Shown: positions 17,669 through 26,915, counted from the stretch's first letter. The stretch is DNA of 38,446 nucleotides from Candidatus Sifarchaeum marinoarchaea (GCA_016294985.1 JAECRW010000001.1:1-38446), one strand, 5' to 3'. Numbers and translations: made by a program. The notes: generated by a model not told the origin, from the sequence alone.

Positions 17669-20600
17669 ATGACAAAATTGGGGATTCGCATGTCCACAAG
17701 CGCCATCCAAAACGTTCTCATTATAGGAGGAGGAGTGGCAGGCATACAAGCTGCACTAGACTTGGCAGCACAAGGTATTTCTGTTTACTTAGTAGAAAAA
17801 ACCCCCAGTATCGGCGGCAAAATGGCACAATTGGACAAGACTTTTCCAACAAATGACTGTTCAATGTGTATTTTAAGTCCAAAGATGGTTGAATGTTCCC
17901 GACATCCAAACATCAGACTTTGGACTTATAGTGAAGTGTTAGACGTTCAAAGGACTGACCAAGGTTATTATAAGGTTAAAATATTGAGAAAGCCGCGGTA
18001 CATAGACGAAGAGAAATGTACCGGCTGTGGAATATGCGCTATGCATTGTCCAGTGAAAATACTCAGCGAATTCAATGAAAGTCTTGATAAGAGAAGTGCA
18101 ACTTATGTTCCTTTTCCTCAGGCTGTCCCACTGATCTCCTCAATAGATGAAACTCATTGCCTTAATTTTCAATTTAAAATCTGTCAAACCTGTAAACACA
18201 TGTGTCCAGCAGAAGCTGTTGATTTTGACCAAAAGCCTATTGAGGCTATTATCGATGTTGCAGCAATCATTATAGCTACTGGTTTTGAACTTCTTGATCT
18301 TTCTCACTTTACGCGATATGGCTACTTGCAGTATAAAAATGTCTTAAGTTCTTTAGAATTTGAACGCCTCCTTAGCGCGTCTGGACCTACCGGAGGGCAT
18401 GTATTATGTCCATCAAATGGAAAAGAGCCGAAAACCATCGCCTTTATTGCTTGTGTAGGATCTAGGGATTGTGTTCACGCTAATGCCCGCCCGTATTGCT
18501 CAAAAATCTGTTGTACTTATGCAACAAAGCAGGCTATTATTGCACGTGAGCATGATCCACATATAGATGCGTATATCCTTTACAACGATCTTCGGACATT
18601 TGGCAAGGGTTTTGAAGAGTATATCACCAAAGCTGAAAATATCTACAATATAAACTATCTTAAATCATTGCCAGGCGAGATAATGGAGGATTCTCAAACT
18701 GGAGAACTGCTCGTTGGATACGGAGATTTTACTACCCTTGAAAAGAAAATCCTTAGAGCGGATTTAGTTGTTCTGTGTCCGGCAATGATTCCCGCTAGTG
18801 GGAACGATGAATTATCACAAATCCTAGGAATAGGACTTGATGAATATGGTTTCTTTAAGGCAAAAGACGTTTCTGATCCTGTTGCCACAAACATCCCAGG
18901 TATTTTCCTAGCAGGTGCATGTGAAGGTGTAAAGGATATCCCACTGTCTGTGGCTCAAGCTAGCGCGGCGGCGGCAAAAGCAGCTCTTAGAACGGAGGTA
19001 GAAATAACAAAACCAGAACTAGTAATTGAGAAAGAACTAGCCTTAGAAGAAGAGCCCAGGATAGGCGCATTTATCTGTCACTGTGGAATCAACATTGGCG
19101 GTGTTGTTAAAGTACCTGAAGTTGTTGACTACGCAAAAACCCTCCCGAATGTCGTATATGCTACTGATAATTTATACACGTGTTCTTCTGACACTCAGGA
19201 ACTGATAAAAGAAAAGATAAAAGAACATCGATTAAATCGAGTTATTGTGGCTTCGTGTACACCCCGAACCCACGAACCATTATTTCGAAGCACAATCGAA
19301 GAGGCAGGACTAAATCCCTTCCTATTTGAGTTAGCCAATATTCGTGAACAGTGTAGCTGGATTCATATGCGCGAGCCAGAAGATGCTACCGAAAAAGCGA
19401 AAGATTTATTGCGGATGGCGGTAGCTCGTACTTCATTATTAGAACCGCAGGCTATTATTACGAAAGATGTAATTCCTGCAGCACTCGTGATTGGTGCTGG
19501 CGTTTCTGGCATGAGTAGTGCAAAAATAATAGCTGATAAGGGATTCAAAGTATACTTAGTTGAAAGAGACTGTTCGGTTGGCGGCTTTATTAAGAATCTA
19601 AAAAGCATTCGGACTCACGGAGATTACGAACAAGACACTAAAGAGATCATTAACGAGTTAGAAGAAAGTATACGTGTCCAAGAAAATATAGAGTTATTGG
19701 CATCAACGGAAATAAAAGAAGTTATTGGCTCAATTGGAGAGTTTTCGGTTACTTTACAGGGCGATACTGAACAAACCGTAAATGTAGGAACAATTATTGT
19801 AGCAACGGGTGGTACTGAATTAAAACCAGTCGGATATTATGGCTATGGTGAAATTGAAAGTGTATTAACGCAAACAGAGCTTGAAGAGTTGATACATGAA
19901 GGTAATTTAAACGAAGGCGGCACATTTGTTATGATAAACTGTGTGGGTGCAAGAGAAAAAGAGGGTCGTACATATTGTTCAGCTATATGTTGTGGCGAGA
20001 CGCTTAAGAACGCAAAAGCCCTAAAAGAAAAATATCCACACAGTAGCGTTGTTGTATTATACCGCGATTTGAGAGTATTTGGTGCAGGAGAAGAATATTA
20101 TCACGCTATTAGAGATAGCGGAGTACGCTTTTTGAGATATGATCCCGACAATCCACCAGAAGTAACTCAGCTTGCGGATGATAAGACACAAGTGAAAGTT
20201 TTTGATACTCTTTTAGAAACCACTTTTGTTATTCCAGCAGACAAAGTTATCCTCTCCACGCCATTAATCGCCCATAATAATAAAGCCTTAGCGGAAATGC
20301 TAAAAGTACCTACAGATTCACAAGGATTCTTTTTAGAGGCTCATGTGAAATTAAGACCTGTTGAATTTGCAACTGATGGGATTTACCTGGCTGGAACCGC
20401 ACAAGGTCCAAAAAATATTGAAGAGAGCATAGCTCATGCACAAGCCGCTGCCGCTAAAGCACTGATCCCGTTAGTACTTGGATATGTGGAATCTGAGCCA
20501 ATAGTTGGAGTTGTCGATCCAGAAGCTTGTGTTGGCTGCGAATTCTGTGTCGATGTCTGTCAATTCGGCGCAATATCGATGGAAGAAGTAGAAAGTGAAG

Positions 20601-21190
20601 AATTGGCATTTATTAAGGAGTTTAAAGCTGAAATCAACCCCGCCTTGTGCAAAGGATGTGGAACCTGCTCATCTGAGTGCCAAGTGGGTGCAATTCGCAT
20701 GCAGCATTTTACGGATGATCAGATTTTATCGATGGTTCATGCAGCACTTGAAGAACCTGCTACTTCTCCAGAACCTTTCATTGTGGCGTTCCTATGCAAC
20801 TGGTGTTCTTATGCTGGAGCTGATAATGCTGGAGTATCCAGATTCCAACAACCTACAAATGTGAGAAATATTCGTGTCATGTGTACTGGACGAATTGATA
20901 TGATTCATATTCTTGAAACGTTTGCGCTAGGGGCTGACGGCGTTTTGGTTATGGGATGTCACCCGGGTGACTGTCATTATATTGCAGGCAATCTTCGGAC
21001 AGAAGTACGTGTAAAATTCCTTACAGAAGTATTAGATGCAATTGGTTTGGAGTCTGAACGCTTAAGACTTGAATGGGTATCTGCATCTGAGGGTAAGAAG
21101 TTTGAAGAAGTTGTTACGAAGTTTGTGGAAACTATTAAAAAACTGGGACCTAGTCCTCATAGAAAAATTCCAGTAACGAAGGCAATCTAG
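17669..21190 (+). CDS. hdrA: Tandem HdrA-like flavoprotein fused to an MvhD (FlpD) domain (heterodisulfide-reductase subunit A family)
   Basis: 1173 aa. Module 1 has VLIIGGGVAGIQAALDLA, FPTNDCSMCIL and an inserted ferredoxin (CTGCGICAMHCP, CQTCKHMCP). Next comes the HdrA N-domain-like segment IGAFICHCGINIGG...ASCTPRTHE...IREQCSWIH. Module 2 has LVIGAGVSGMSSA and 2x[4Fe-4S] motifs (CVGCEFCVDVC, CKGCGTCSSEC). The tail FLCNWCSYAGADNAG...MGCHPGDCHY is MvhD. The start may be the ATG at 17690. Confidence 0.9.
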   Translation: MTKLGIRMSTSAIQNVLIIGGGVAGIQAALDLAAQGISVYLVEKTPSIGGKMAQLDKTFPTNDCSMCILSPKMVECSRHPNIRLWTYSEVLDVQRTDQGYYKVKILRKPRYIDEEKCTGCGICAMHCPVKILSEFNESLDKRSATYVPFPQAVPLISSIDETHCLNFQFKICQTCKHMCPAEAVDFDQKPIEAIIDVAAIIIATGFELLDLSHFTRYGYLQYKNVLSSLEFERLLSASGPTGGHVLCPSNGKEPKTIAFIACVGSRDCVHANARPYCSKICCTYATKQAIIAREHDPHIDAYILYNDLRTFGKGFEEYITKAENIYNINYLKSLPGEIMEDSQTGELLVGYGDFTTLEKKILRADLVVLCPAMIPASGNDELSQILGIGLDEYGFFKAKDVSDPVATNIPGIFLAGACEGVKDIPLSVAQASAAAAKAALRTEVEITKPELVIEKELALEEEPRIGAFICHCGINIGGVVKVPEVVDYAKTLPNVVYATDNLYTCSSDTQELIKEKIKEHRLNRVIVASCTPRTHEPLFRSTIEEAGLNPFLFELANIREQCSWIHMREPEDATEKAKDLLRMAVARTSLLEPQAIITKDVIPAALVIGAGVSGMSSAKIIADKGFKVYLVERDCSVGGFIKNLKSIRTHGDYEQDTKEIINELEESIRVQENIELLASTEIKEVIGSIGEFSVTLQGDTEQTVNVGTIIVATGGTELKPVGYYGYGEIESVLTQTELEELIHEGNLNEGGTFVMINCVGAREKEGRTYCSAICCGETLKNAKALKEKYPHSSVVVLYRDLRVFGAGEEYYHAIRDSGVRFLRYDPDNPPEVTQLADDKTQVKVFDTLLETTFVIPADKVILSTPLIAHNNKALAEMLKVPTDSQGFFLEAHVKLRPVEFATDGIYLAGTAQGPKNIEESIAHAQAAAAKALIPLVLGYVESEPIVGVVDPEACVGCEFCVDVCQFGAISMEEVESEELAFIKEFKAEINPALCKGCGTCSSECQVGAIRMQHFTDDQILSMVHAALEEPATSPEPFIVAFLCNWCSYAGADNAGVSRFQQPTNVRNIRVMCTGRIDMIHILETFALGADGVLVMGCHPGDCHYIAGNLRTEVRVKFLTEVLDAIGLESERLRLEWVSASEGKKFEEVVTKFVETIKKLGPSPHRKIPVTKAI

Positions 21191-21201
21191 GGTGGAAAAA
21201 A

Positions 21202-21735
21202 ATGGACGAACCAAGACAGATTGTAGATTTTTCTCGACTTGACTTTGAATTTTCAAATTACATCAAGCAAAACACTAATTCAAATCCTTTCGTATGCTTT
21301 ACTTGTCGAACATGTTCTTCACTATGTACTTCAGGAAAGGTTAACGTGCTTAACGTAGCTAAAATTGTTCGACAGATCGCTATTGGACTAAAAGACGATG
21401 TGCTCCGAAGTAAAGAAATTTGGACGTGCGCTACCTGTATGAAATGCCAAGAATTTTGCCCTCAAGGTGTAAATCCTTTAGATATGATTTATTTCCTTCA
21501 GAACAAGGCTGTAGAGGCAGGAATGCCTACAATTCCAAAAGCGTATGTTGAAATGGTTACTTCAATAGCAAAAATTGGTTTAATTCAACCTCCTCAAGAG
21601 GTAATCTCAGTAGATTTCGATGAATTCGACAGAGCGGAGCTAGAACTTCCCGAATTATCAATGCCTGACGCTGAGAAAATCAAGAAGAACTTATTGAAAA
21701 CTGGATTTCGCCAGGTGATTAAAGAACTGGATTAA
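21202..21735 (+). CDS. hdrC: HdrC-like 2x[4Fe-4S] ferredoxin subunit
   Basis: 177 aa. It has CFTCRTCSSLC and CATCMKCQEFCP, and lies 11 nt after hdrA. Confidence 0.85.
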   Translation: MDEPRQIVDFSRLDFEFSNYIKQNTNSNPFVCFTCRTCSSLCTSGKVNVLNVAKIVRQIAIGLKDDVLRSKEIWTCATCMKCQEFCPQGVNPLDMIYFLQNKAVEAGMPTIPKAYVEMVTSIAKIGLIQPPQEVISVDFDEFDRAELELPELSMPDAEKIKKNLLKTGFRQVIKELD

Positions 21736-21754
21736 AGTTTCTTATGATAAAAAG

Positions 21755-22651
21755 GTGAATTTTATGGATGTAGCATTATATCTTGGATGCACTATACCCA
21801 CGCAAGAGTATGCTTACGAAGTATCTGCAAGAGAGGTTTTACCACGCCTTGGAGTTAACCTAATAGATTTACAATATGCAGCTTGCTGTGGACAACCACT
21901 AAAAGGGCTTGACAATTTAGGCTGGCTATATTTAGCTTCAAGAACTATTGCATTGGCTGACCAACAAGGAGCAGAAACACTTTTAGCAATCTGTAATGGA
22001 TGTCATGTTTCAATTTGCGAAGCGAAACACGTTCTAGAATCAGATGATCATCTCCGAAAAACTATCGAAGAGATGTTAGCTGAGGAAGATCTTGAAATAA
22101 AGGGTCATGTTCGAATTAGACATCTATTAGATTTCCTCTATGATGATATAGGTCCACAAAAAATAAAAAAGGCATTAGAAAATAGTCAAAACTTTAATCC
22201 TTTGGTAAATCTAAAACTAGCCGCGCATTATGGATGCCACATTATTAGACCCAGTTCTATTGAGCGACCAGATCAGTTAGATGACCCTAGTAAGTTAGAG
22301 GCTTTGATTGAGGTTACAGGTGCCAGTACGGCAAAATATCCTGAAAGATTAGAGTGCTGTGGAGCTCCCATGCTAGCTATTGTTGATAAAGAATCGTTTC
22401 AAATCGCTGGAAACAAACTGATAGCTATTCAAAATCGAGGTTTCGATGGTGTCATCACAGTCTGTCCCTTTTGCGAGAGAATGCTCGAACGGCAAGAGAC
22501 TATCTCAAGAGTCACTGGACTAGATGTGTCTATATCCAGCATGTATTACACACAGTTGCTTGGGCTGGCACTGGGCATTGAAACTGAAAAATTAGGTCTT
22601 CAGTTAAACATGAGTTCTGTTGAAATAATTCTAAACAAGGTCACAAGATGA
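21755..22651 (+). CDS. hdrB: HdrB-like subunit with two CCG domains
   Basis: 298 aa. Both cysteine sets are present: GC...CCGQP...CNGC and GC...CCGAP...CPFC. Confidence 0.9.
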   Translation: MNFMDVALYLGCTIPTQEYAYEVSAREVLPRLGVNLIDLQYAACCGQPLKGLDNLGWLYLASRTIALADQQGAETLLAICNGCHVSICEAKHVLESDDHLRKTIEEMLAEEDLEIKGHVRIRHLLDFLYDDIGPQKIKKALENSQNFNPLVNLKLAAHYGCHIIRPSSIERPDQLDDPSKLEALIEVTGASTAKYPERLECCGAPMLAIVDKESFQIAGNKLIAIQNRGFDGVITVCPFCERMLERQETISRVTGLDVSISSMYYTQLLGLALGIETEKLGLQLNMSSVEIILNKVTR

Positions 22652-22801
22652 ACTGCATATATCATTCTTCAACCTGATTTTTTCACTACTTGAGGTTGAT
22701 TTTTTCACAAATCTTTTAAAACTGGTTTTATAAAGGAATTTAGAAGAAACTTGATCTCAAACAGAATATAGATTTCAGTGAAACCTCTTTGGTGACATTC
22801 T

Positions 22802-23236
22802 TTGCATGTTTATGACAGCAGGCTATCTGATATTCTTTCTGAAGTTCTTTCAGGGTCATCGGAGATTAATGTTAGCCTCTTATGTTCGCATGAAGGTTTT
22901 CCAAAGGCGTTCGCTATGGATTTAAAAGCAGAGGAAGATGTTGTGCTCCTAGCAGCTATGTCAAGCGCAGTATATTCTATTTCAAATCAAGCCGTAACAC
23001 AATTAAATACGGGACCCCTCTTGACAACATCGATTGAAGGCGAAAGAGGGACTTTGTTATTAAAAGATTTAGGAGATTTTATTTTTGTTGCCCATGTCCC
23101 TAAAACTAAAACAGACAAAGAACTAGGCGCGAGGGTGAGAAGTTATCACATAGGCATTGCCATGAATGTTATGGAGGCAGCCGCTGAGAAGATTAAGAAG
23201 TACCTTGAGGATTTAGCGAAAGAGTCTTCTGAATAG
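22802..23236 (+). CDS. Roadblock/LC7 (MglB-like) domain protein
   Basis: 144 aa with a TTG start. The size and pattern (SEINVSLLCSHEGFPKAF...LAAMSSAVYSISNQAV...IEGERGTLLLKDLGDFIFVAHV) fit the Roadblock/LC7 fold family. Confidence 0.65.
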   Translation: MHVYDSRLSDILSEVLSGSSEINVSLLCSHEGFPKAFAMDLKAEEDVVLLAAMSSAVYSISNQAVTQLNTGPLLTTSIEGERGTLLLKDLGDFIFVAHVPKTKTDKELGARVRSYHIGIAMNVMEAAAEKIKKYLEDLAKESSE

Positions 23237-23249
23237 CTATTTTTAGTTA

Positions 23250-23660
23250 GATGCTAGAAGTGAACTACTCCACCCTTACGGATGGAGCTTCCTGCGAGTC
23301 CTCCCAACCCTTGCGGGAAACTCTCGTTTTACGTTCGGCTGTGTGTCGCAGATCATCCCCCTTTGAGGATGGCCCGTCCACCTGGCATTCTGTGATAGCA
23401 ACCTTCAGTTGCAGCATCACACCATACGGATTCGTCAAATGCTATTGTACTGTTACCTTCGCGATTATTCGCGCGGGTTAGCAACTGTACGAATCCTCGC
23501 TCACAGGGGCGCCTCTTCTGTCATCCTACCGGGAGTTTTGTATCCCTGTCTTCCTCCCGATATTCATCATAACTTTTCTGTGCAAAAAAACTATATAAAG
23601 CTAGCGGCTTTCATCCCCCCACCTTTCGGAAGGGGACTTCCCGCCGATAAAGTTAAAAAT
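23250..23660 (-). ncRNA. Large GC-rich structured ncRNA (~400 nt); RNase P RNA is my best guess, identity and exact ends unconfirmed
   Basis: This is a GC island in an AT-rich genome; the one 60-nt line I counted, 23281-23340, is 34/60 G+C.

Many nested helices are visible. On the minus strand three hairpins close with GNRA loops:
- CUCCAUCC-GUAA-GGGUGGAG at 23268-23287
- CCC-GCAA-GGG at 23308-23317
- CC-GAAA-GG at 23622-23629

At least three positions are G.U pairs on the minus strand but C.A mismatches on the plus strand. Minus-strand motifs GGCGGGAAGUCCCC (23645-23632) and GCACAGAAAAG (23583-23573) resemble RNase P CR-I and the GCCACAGAAA element.

The two plus-strand ORFs here (23251..23481 and 23409..23675) look like artefacts. 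Confidence 0.55.
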
Positions 23661-23769
23661 GAAGGCTATTTGTGAATTGATTTTGCTTGAATATCATTCT
23701 GTGTTGTCACCATTTTTTTCAAAAGAAAAATAAGAGGCAATGTCGATTTTATGATTAGGTGATTTAACT

Positions 23770-25377
23770 ATGAACGAAATGGATTGCCCAATTGTTGAGG
23801 TAACCGTTTATCACTCCGAAGCAGATATAAAACGAGCTGGAAAAATCCATCTTCCTGTTGGGCTTCAAAAGGTATTTTTAGCTGATGTTAGCTCAAAGAT
23901 AAACCAAGATTCTATCAGAGTCAATGGCCGAGGCTTTGGATCTATAATATCAACTGACATAAAATCTAAACTAGGTGTGCGAACACCGAACCCCGAAATC
24001 ATTTCCCTACTAGATGAACTAGAACATCTCAATTTAGAAAAGGCAAAGCTTGAAGCTGAAAAAAATGCATTATTACAACAACAAACTGGTTTGATTAGTT
24101 TATGGAACAAAACAACTCAGGAAGAACATTTCCTGAGACGATGGGCTATGGGCAAAACAACCCTCGAAAAACTAAAATCTCTCGAAAGTTACGTATTCCA
24201 GCAAGAATTTTCTACAAAACTGCTCGATCTTGATAATAAACTTAAGAAGTTACAGGAAAGGATTGATGACAAAAATGAACAACTAGAAATGCTAAGCGCT
24301 AGGGAAAGGGAAAAAACGGAAAGACTCTATGATGTCGTAATTAACGTCGATGTTGACCAAGAGTCTGATTTTGAGTTCGATATTACATATCGGATCTACG
24401 ATTCTTACTGGCATCCGACGTACGATATATCCCTTGAATCGGAATCAGCAAAAGTAGAACAATTTGTTCTAGTGAGGAATTCTACTTTTGAACCATGGAA
24501 TAATGCATACTTGACATTAAGTACCGTTTCGACAAGTGTAACGAGCATTCAAGAACCAGAGCCGTACTATATCTATTTAGGGACTCCTTATGTCGATAAA
24601 CCTAAGAGAGCAGCACGAAGAGATGAATTTGGAGCTGAAATGAAGGTGGCGGCTGATATGGATGACGCTTTCGCAGGTGCACCTTACGAGGAAGAACCGA
24701 TGCCTACAACAATGCCTCCTCCTGCGCCAGATTTGCAGGTTGTAGAAGCCGAATTGCGATCAGAAGGTGAAGTTCAGGTATTCAAATTGCCTGAGAAAGT
24801 CACAATTCCCCCTGATGGAGAGCCACATGGCTTTTTAGCACAAACTTATAAATTACCCTTCAAGCGAGAGTTTTACTGGGACGCATATCTTTCTAATGAA
24901 GTAATCGAACTTCTTAAGATTACAAATGGTGAAGTTACACTTCTTCTAGGTCGAGCGAAAGTATTTGAAGGTCAAGAATTTATTGGAGCTACGAACCTCC
25001 AAAAAATTGCGCCAAGCGAAGAATTTGATGCAGGAGCTAGAGTTAGTCCAACGATTAAAGCCGAAAAGAAACTCAAAGAATATGAGGCGGAGAAGACAGG
25101 GCTTGTCGGTAAGAAATCAACTCGTTATTATAAGTATCAGTTAAAAATCGAAAACCTTCGTGAACAAAACTCGATCATAACGGTTTATGATAGAATTCCA
25201 AAGTCACAAAGCGAAGAAGTAGAGGTTGTAATTAAATCAACGAAACCTGAGCCAAAGGAGAAGCGTTTGGGAATTCATAAATGGGAAATCGAAGTACCAG
25301 CAAAGAGTGAGTTTTTCATTGAATATGATTTTGTTATTGAATTTCCAAGAGGGGACAACGTCTATCCTTTACCGTAA
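23770..25377 (+). CDS. DUF4139/DUF4140-family protein (TIGR02231-like) with central coiled coil
   Basis: 535 aa. The N-terminus VTVYHSEADIKRAGKIHLPVGLQKVFLADVSSKINQDSIRVNG is DUF4140-like. The C-terminal ITVYDRIPKSQSEEVEVVI is DUF4139-like. A coiled-coil stretch reads LEHLNLEKAKLEAEKNALLQQQ. Confidence 0.75.
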   Translation: MNEMDCPIVEVTVYHSEADIKRAGKIHLPVGLQKVFLADVSSKINQDSIRVNGRGFGSIISTDIKSKLGVRTPNPEIISLLDELEHLNLEKAKLEAEKNALLQQQTGLISLWNKTTQEEHFLRRWAMGKTTLEKLKSLESYVFQQEFSTKLLDLDNKLKKLQERIDDKNEQLEMLSAREREKTERLYDVVINVDVDQESDFEFDITYRIYDSYWHPTYDISLESESAKVEQFVLVRNSTFEPWNNAYLTLSTVSTSVTSIQEPEPYYIYLGTPYVDKPKRAARRDEFGAEMKVAADMDDAFAGAPYEEEPMPTTMPPPAPDLQVVEAELRSEGEVQVFKLPEKVTIPPDGEPHGFLAQTYKLPFKREFYWDAYLSNEVIELLKITNGEVTLLLGRAKVFEGQEFIGATNLQKIAPSEEFDAGARVSPTIKAEKKLKEYEAEKTGLVGKKSTRYYKYQLKIENLREQNSIITVYDRIPKSQSEEVEVVIKSTKPEPKEKRLGIHKWEIEVPAKSEFFIEYDFVIEFPRGDNVYPLP

Positions 25378-25395
25378 AATGAATTAAACCCTCTC

Positions 25396-25404
25396 TTTTT
25401 TCTT
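25396..25404 (+). terminator. Oligo-T tract after the DUF4139 gene
   Basis: ctctcttttttcttt lies 15-30 nt after the stop at 25377. This is the archaeal oligo-T terminator type and is untested here. Confidence 0.25.
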
Positions 25405-25486
25405 TAAAATCCGTTCTTGATTAGTAATCGAACTTAAAAAGATATGCAGTTGCAAATTGAAAAAGTAACATTGGAATTAAAAAAAA

Positions 25487-25831
25487 TCACTCCTCTGTTT
25501 CAACAGGCGGAGAATCTTCGCTAGGTGTGAAAGTTTCGTAAATCTCATCAGTCTTTGGGCAATAGAGCACAAACTGATAGAATAAGTTATTACAAGGAAT
25601 TACATAGATTCTCCCGTGATCTTGCGTGTAGATCGATTCGCAGGGCTCAAATATGTGAGGTTTTTGTAGCATATAGTACATTTTAGGGTATTTTTTGGCT
25701 AATTCTTCCCAGCTAATCTTTCTAAGTGTGCTGTTTTTCCCTACTGCGTCTCCTTTAAATTTATTGAAGTGTTCAATAACGTCCTTCATTAGCAGAACTC
25801 CTTTGATATCTCTACGATATAACCTTGGCAT
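25487..25831 (-). CDS. Hypothetical protein
   Basis: A 114-aa ORF with no recognised motif. Codon composition is similar to its neighbours. Confidence 0.5.
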   Translation of the reverse strand: MPRLYRRDIKGVLLMKDVIEHFNKFKGDAVGKNSTLRKISWEELAKKYPKMYYMLQKPHIFEPCESIYTQDHGRIYVIPCNNLFYQFVLYCPKTDEIYETFTPSEDSPPVETEE

Positions 25832-26077
25832 CTCAACTTAAATAACTATCTCGAGAGGCAAAAGTTTTTGGTTCTCTTAATCTAAGAGAATGAAATTAAA
25901 GCTTTGGTTTTTCGCTGAGTTTTATTTGATCTTTAAAAAGATAAATAAAACGTTGTAGAAAAGAGTGGTGTTAATTGGGCAGAGTTATGTATACAATTCG
26001 AAAAAAGTAGAGTTCAATGAGATATGGATTATCTCAGTTTGTTATGACCAATCTTAGCTGTAATTCCAAAATAAAAA

Positions 26078-26626
26078 TTAGAGTTCTTTAAGTCTGTGAG
26101 CGTGCTTCCTCAATTTTTGAAGAGTCTCAGCAACATTCTCAACTAAGATTCGTGATCCAGCTAGAAGTTCCATAAAGCCAATATCACCATTATAGCGGGG
26201 TACCAATTGAATATGGAAGTGTTCAATGCTCGCACCAGACGCTTTTCCCTCATTAAAACCAATATTGAAACCATGAGGATGATATAATTCCTCCAGCAGT
26301 TTAACTACCTTCTGCGCTAGTCTAAAGACATGAAATACTTCTTCCTCTGTGAGTTCACTGAAGTGGGCTTTGTGCGACAAGGGAATAATAAGACAATGGC
26401 CCGGGTTATAGGGATATAGGTTTAATGCCACAAGAGCTGTATCATTTCTATATATTTCGTTCGAAACTACTTCAGGGTCCTTGGCCACCAGTTTACAAAA
26501 TACACATTCTCCATCTTTCAGAGGTTGCTTTCCATTTCTATTTTTTACATATGCGTTTTTCCAAGGAACATGTAGATACTGTGTAAACAAAGGTCTTTTT
26601 TCTTCCATTACTTCTCTAGCCTCCAA
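26078..26626 (-). CDS. HIT-family protein, Ap4A-phosphorylase-like subgroup
   Basis: 182 aa. It has the histidine triad HFHIQLVPR, plus VPWKNAYV, CVFC and LNLYPYNPGHCLIIP, as in HIT Ap4A phosphorylases (Rv2613c type, from memory). Confidence 0.8.
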   Translation of the reverse strand: MEAREVMEEKRPLFTQYLHVPWKNAYVKNRNGKQPLKDGECVFCKLVAKDPEVVSNEIYRNDTALVALNLYPYNPGHCLIIPLSHKAHFSELTEEEVFHVFRLAQKVVKLLEELYHPHGFNIGFNEGKASGASIEHFHIQLVPRYNGDIGFMELLAGSRILVENVAETLQKLRKHAHRLKEL

Positions 26627-26915
26627 AGAGGTTTTAGAACAACATGCCTTTTAATAGCTTTCAATGGGAATCTCATTTAATTAGATTTTGGTTAGGGAAA
26701 GTTAACTATGCTTTTAGCTTACAATTGATAGAACAAATAGTTGCCGAAATTAATTCTTCATTAAGTTAATCGTTGCGAAAGGTAAAATTAGTGTATCTTT
26801 TGTAATAGATTTATTAATCGTTTCCAATTAATGAATAACTACTATTTTTCAGCTATGCAAAAAGATGTTTTTAAATCCTATAGTTTTTGGGGAACACATA
26901 GGACAATTGGAACCT

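Noticed and set aside
17669-21190. Possible selenocysteine (in-frame TGA) in HdrA, as in some methanogen HdrA proteins
   Set aside because: Both HdrA ORFs are uninterrupted and have Cys at the DCS[MQ]CIL position. There is no in-frame TGA to recode.
23250-23660. SRP (7S) RNA as the identity of the structured RNA
   Set aside because: On neither strand could I find the helix-8 signature, which is a GNAR tetraloop followed by G-x-AGCA opposite an AGG-type loop. The closest string (CGGAAGGGGACUU on the plus strand) lacks AGCA and lies on the less supported strand. This still needs a covariance-model search.
23232-23670. AT-rich terminal helix (23232-23237/23665-23670 and 23239-23245/23654-23660) that would close the whole RNA
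   Set aside because: The complementarity is real (6 + 7 bp), but it is almost pure A/T, overlaps the Roadblock stop codon, and could arise by chance. I kept it only as a possible boundary hint, not as a feature.
23251-23675. Two overlapping plus-strand ORFs (76 aa and 88 aa) in the ORF track
   Set aside because: They lie in the GC-rich, heavily self-complementary island. Their peptides are Cys/Arg/Ser/Pro-rich with no motif and overlap each other in different frames. A structured RNA explains the region better.
25872-25890. Perfect 8-bp inverted repeat TTCTCTTA-ATC-TAAGAGAA about 40 nt upstream of the 114-aa gene start
   Set aside because: It is real in the sequence but short, AT-rich and isolated. 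I cannot distinguish an operator or terminator from chance, so I did not promote it to a feature.
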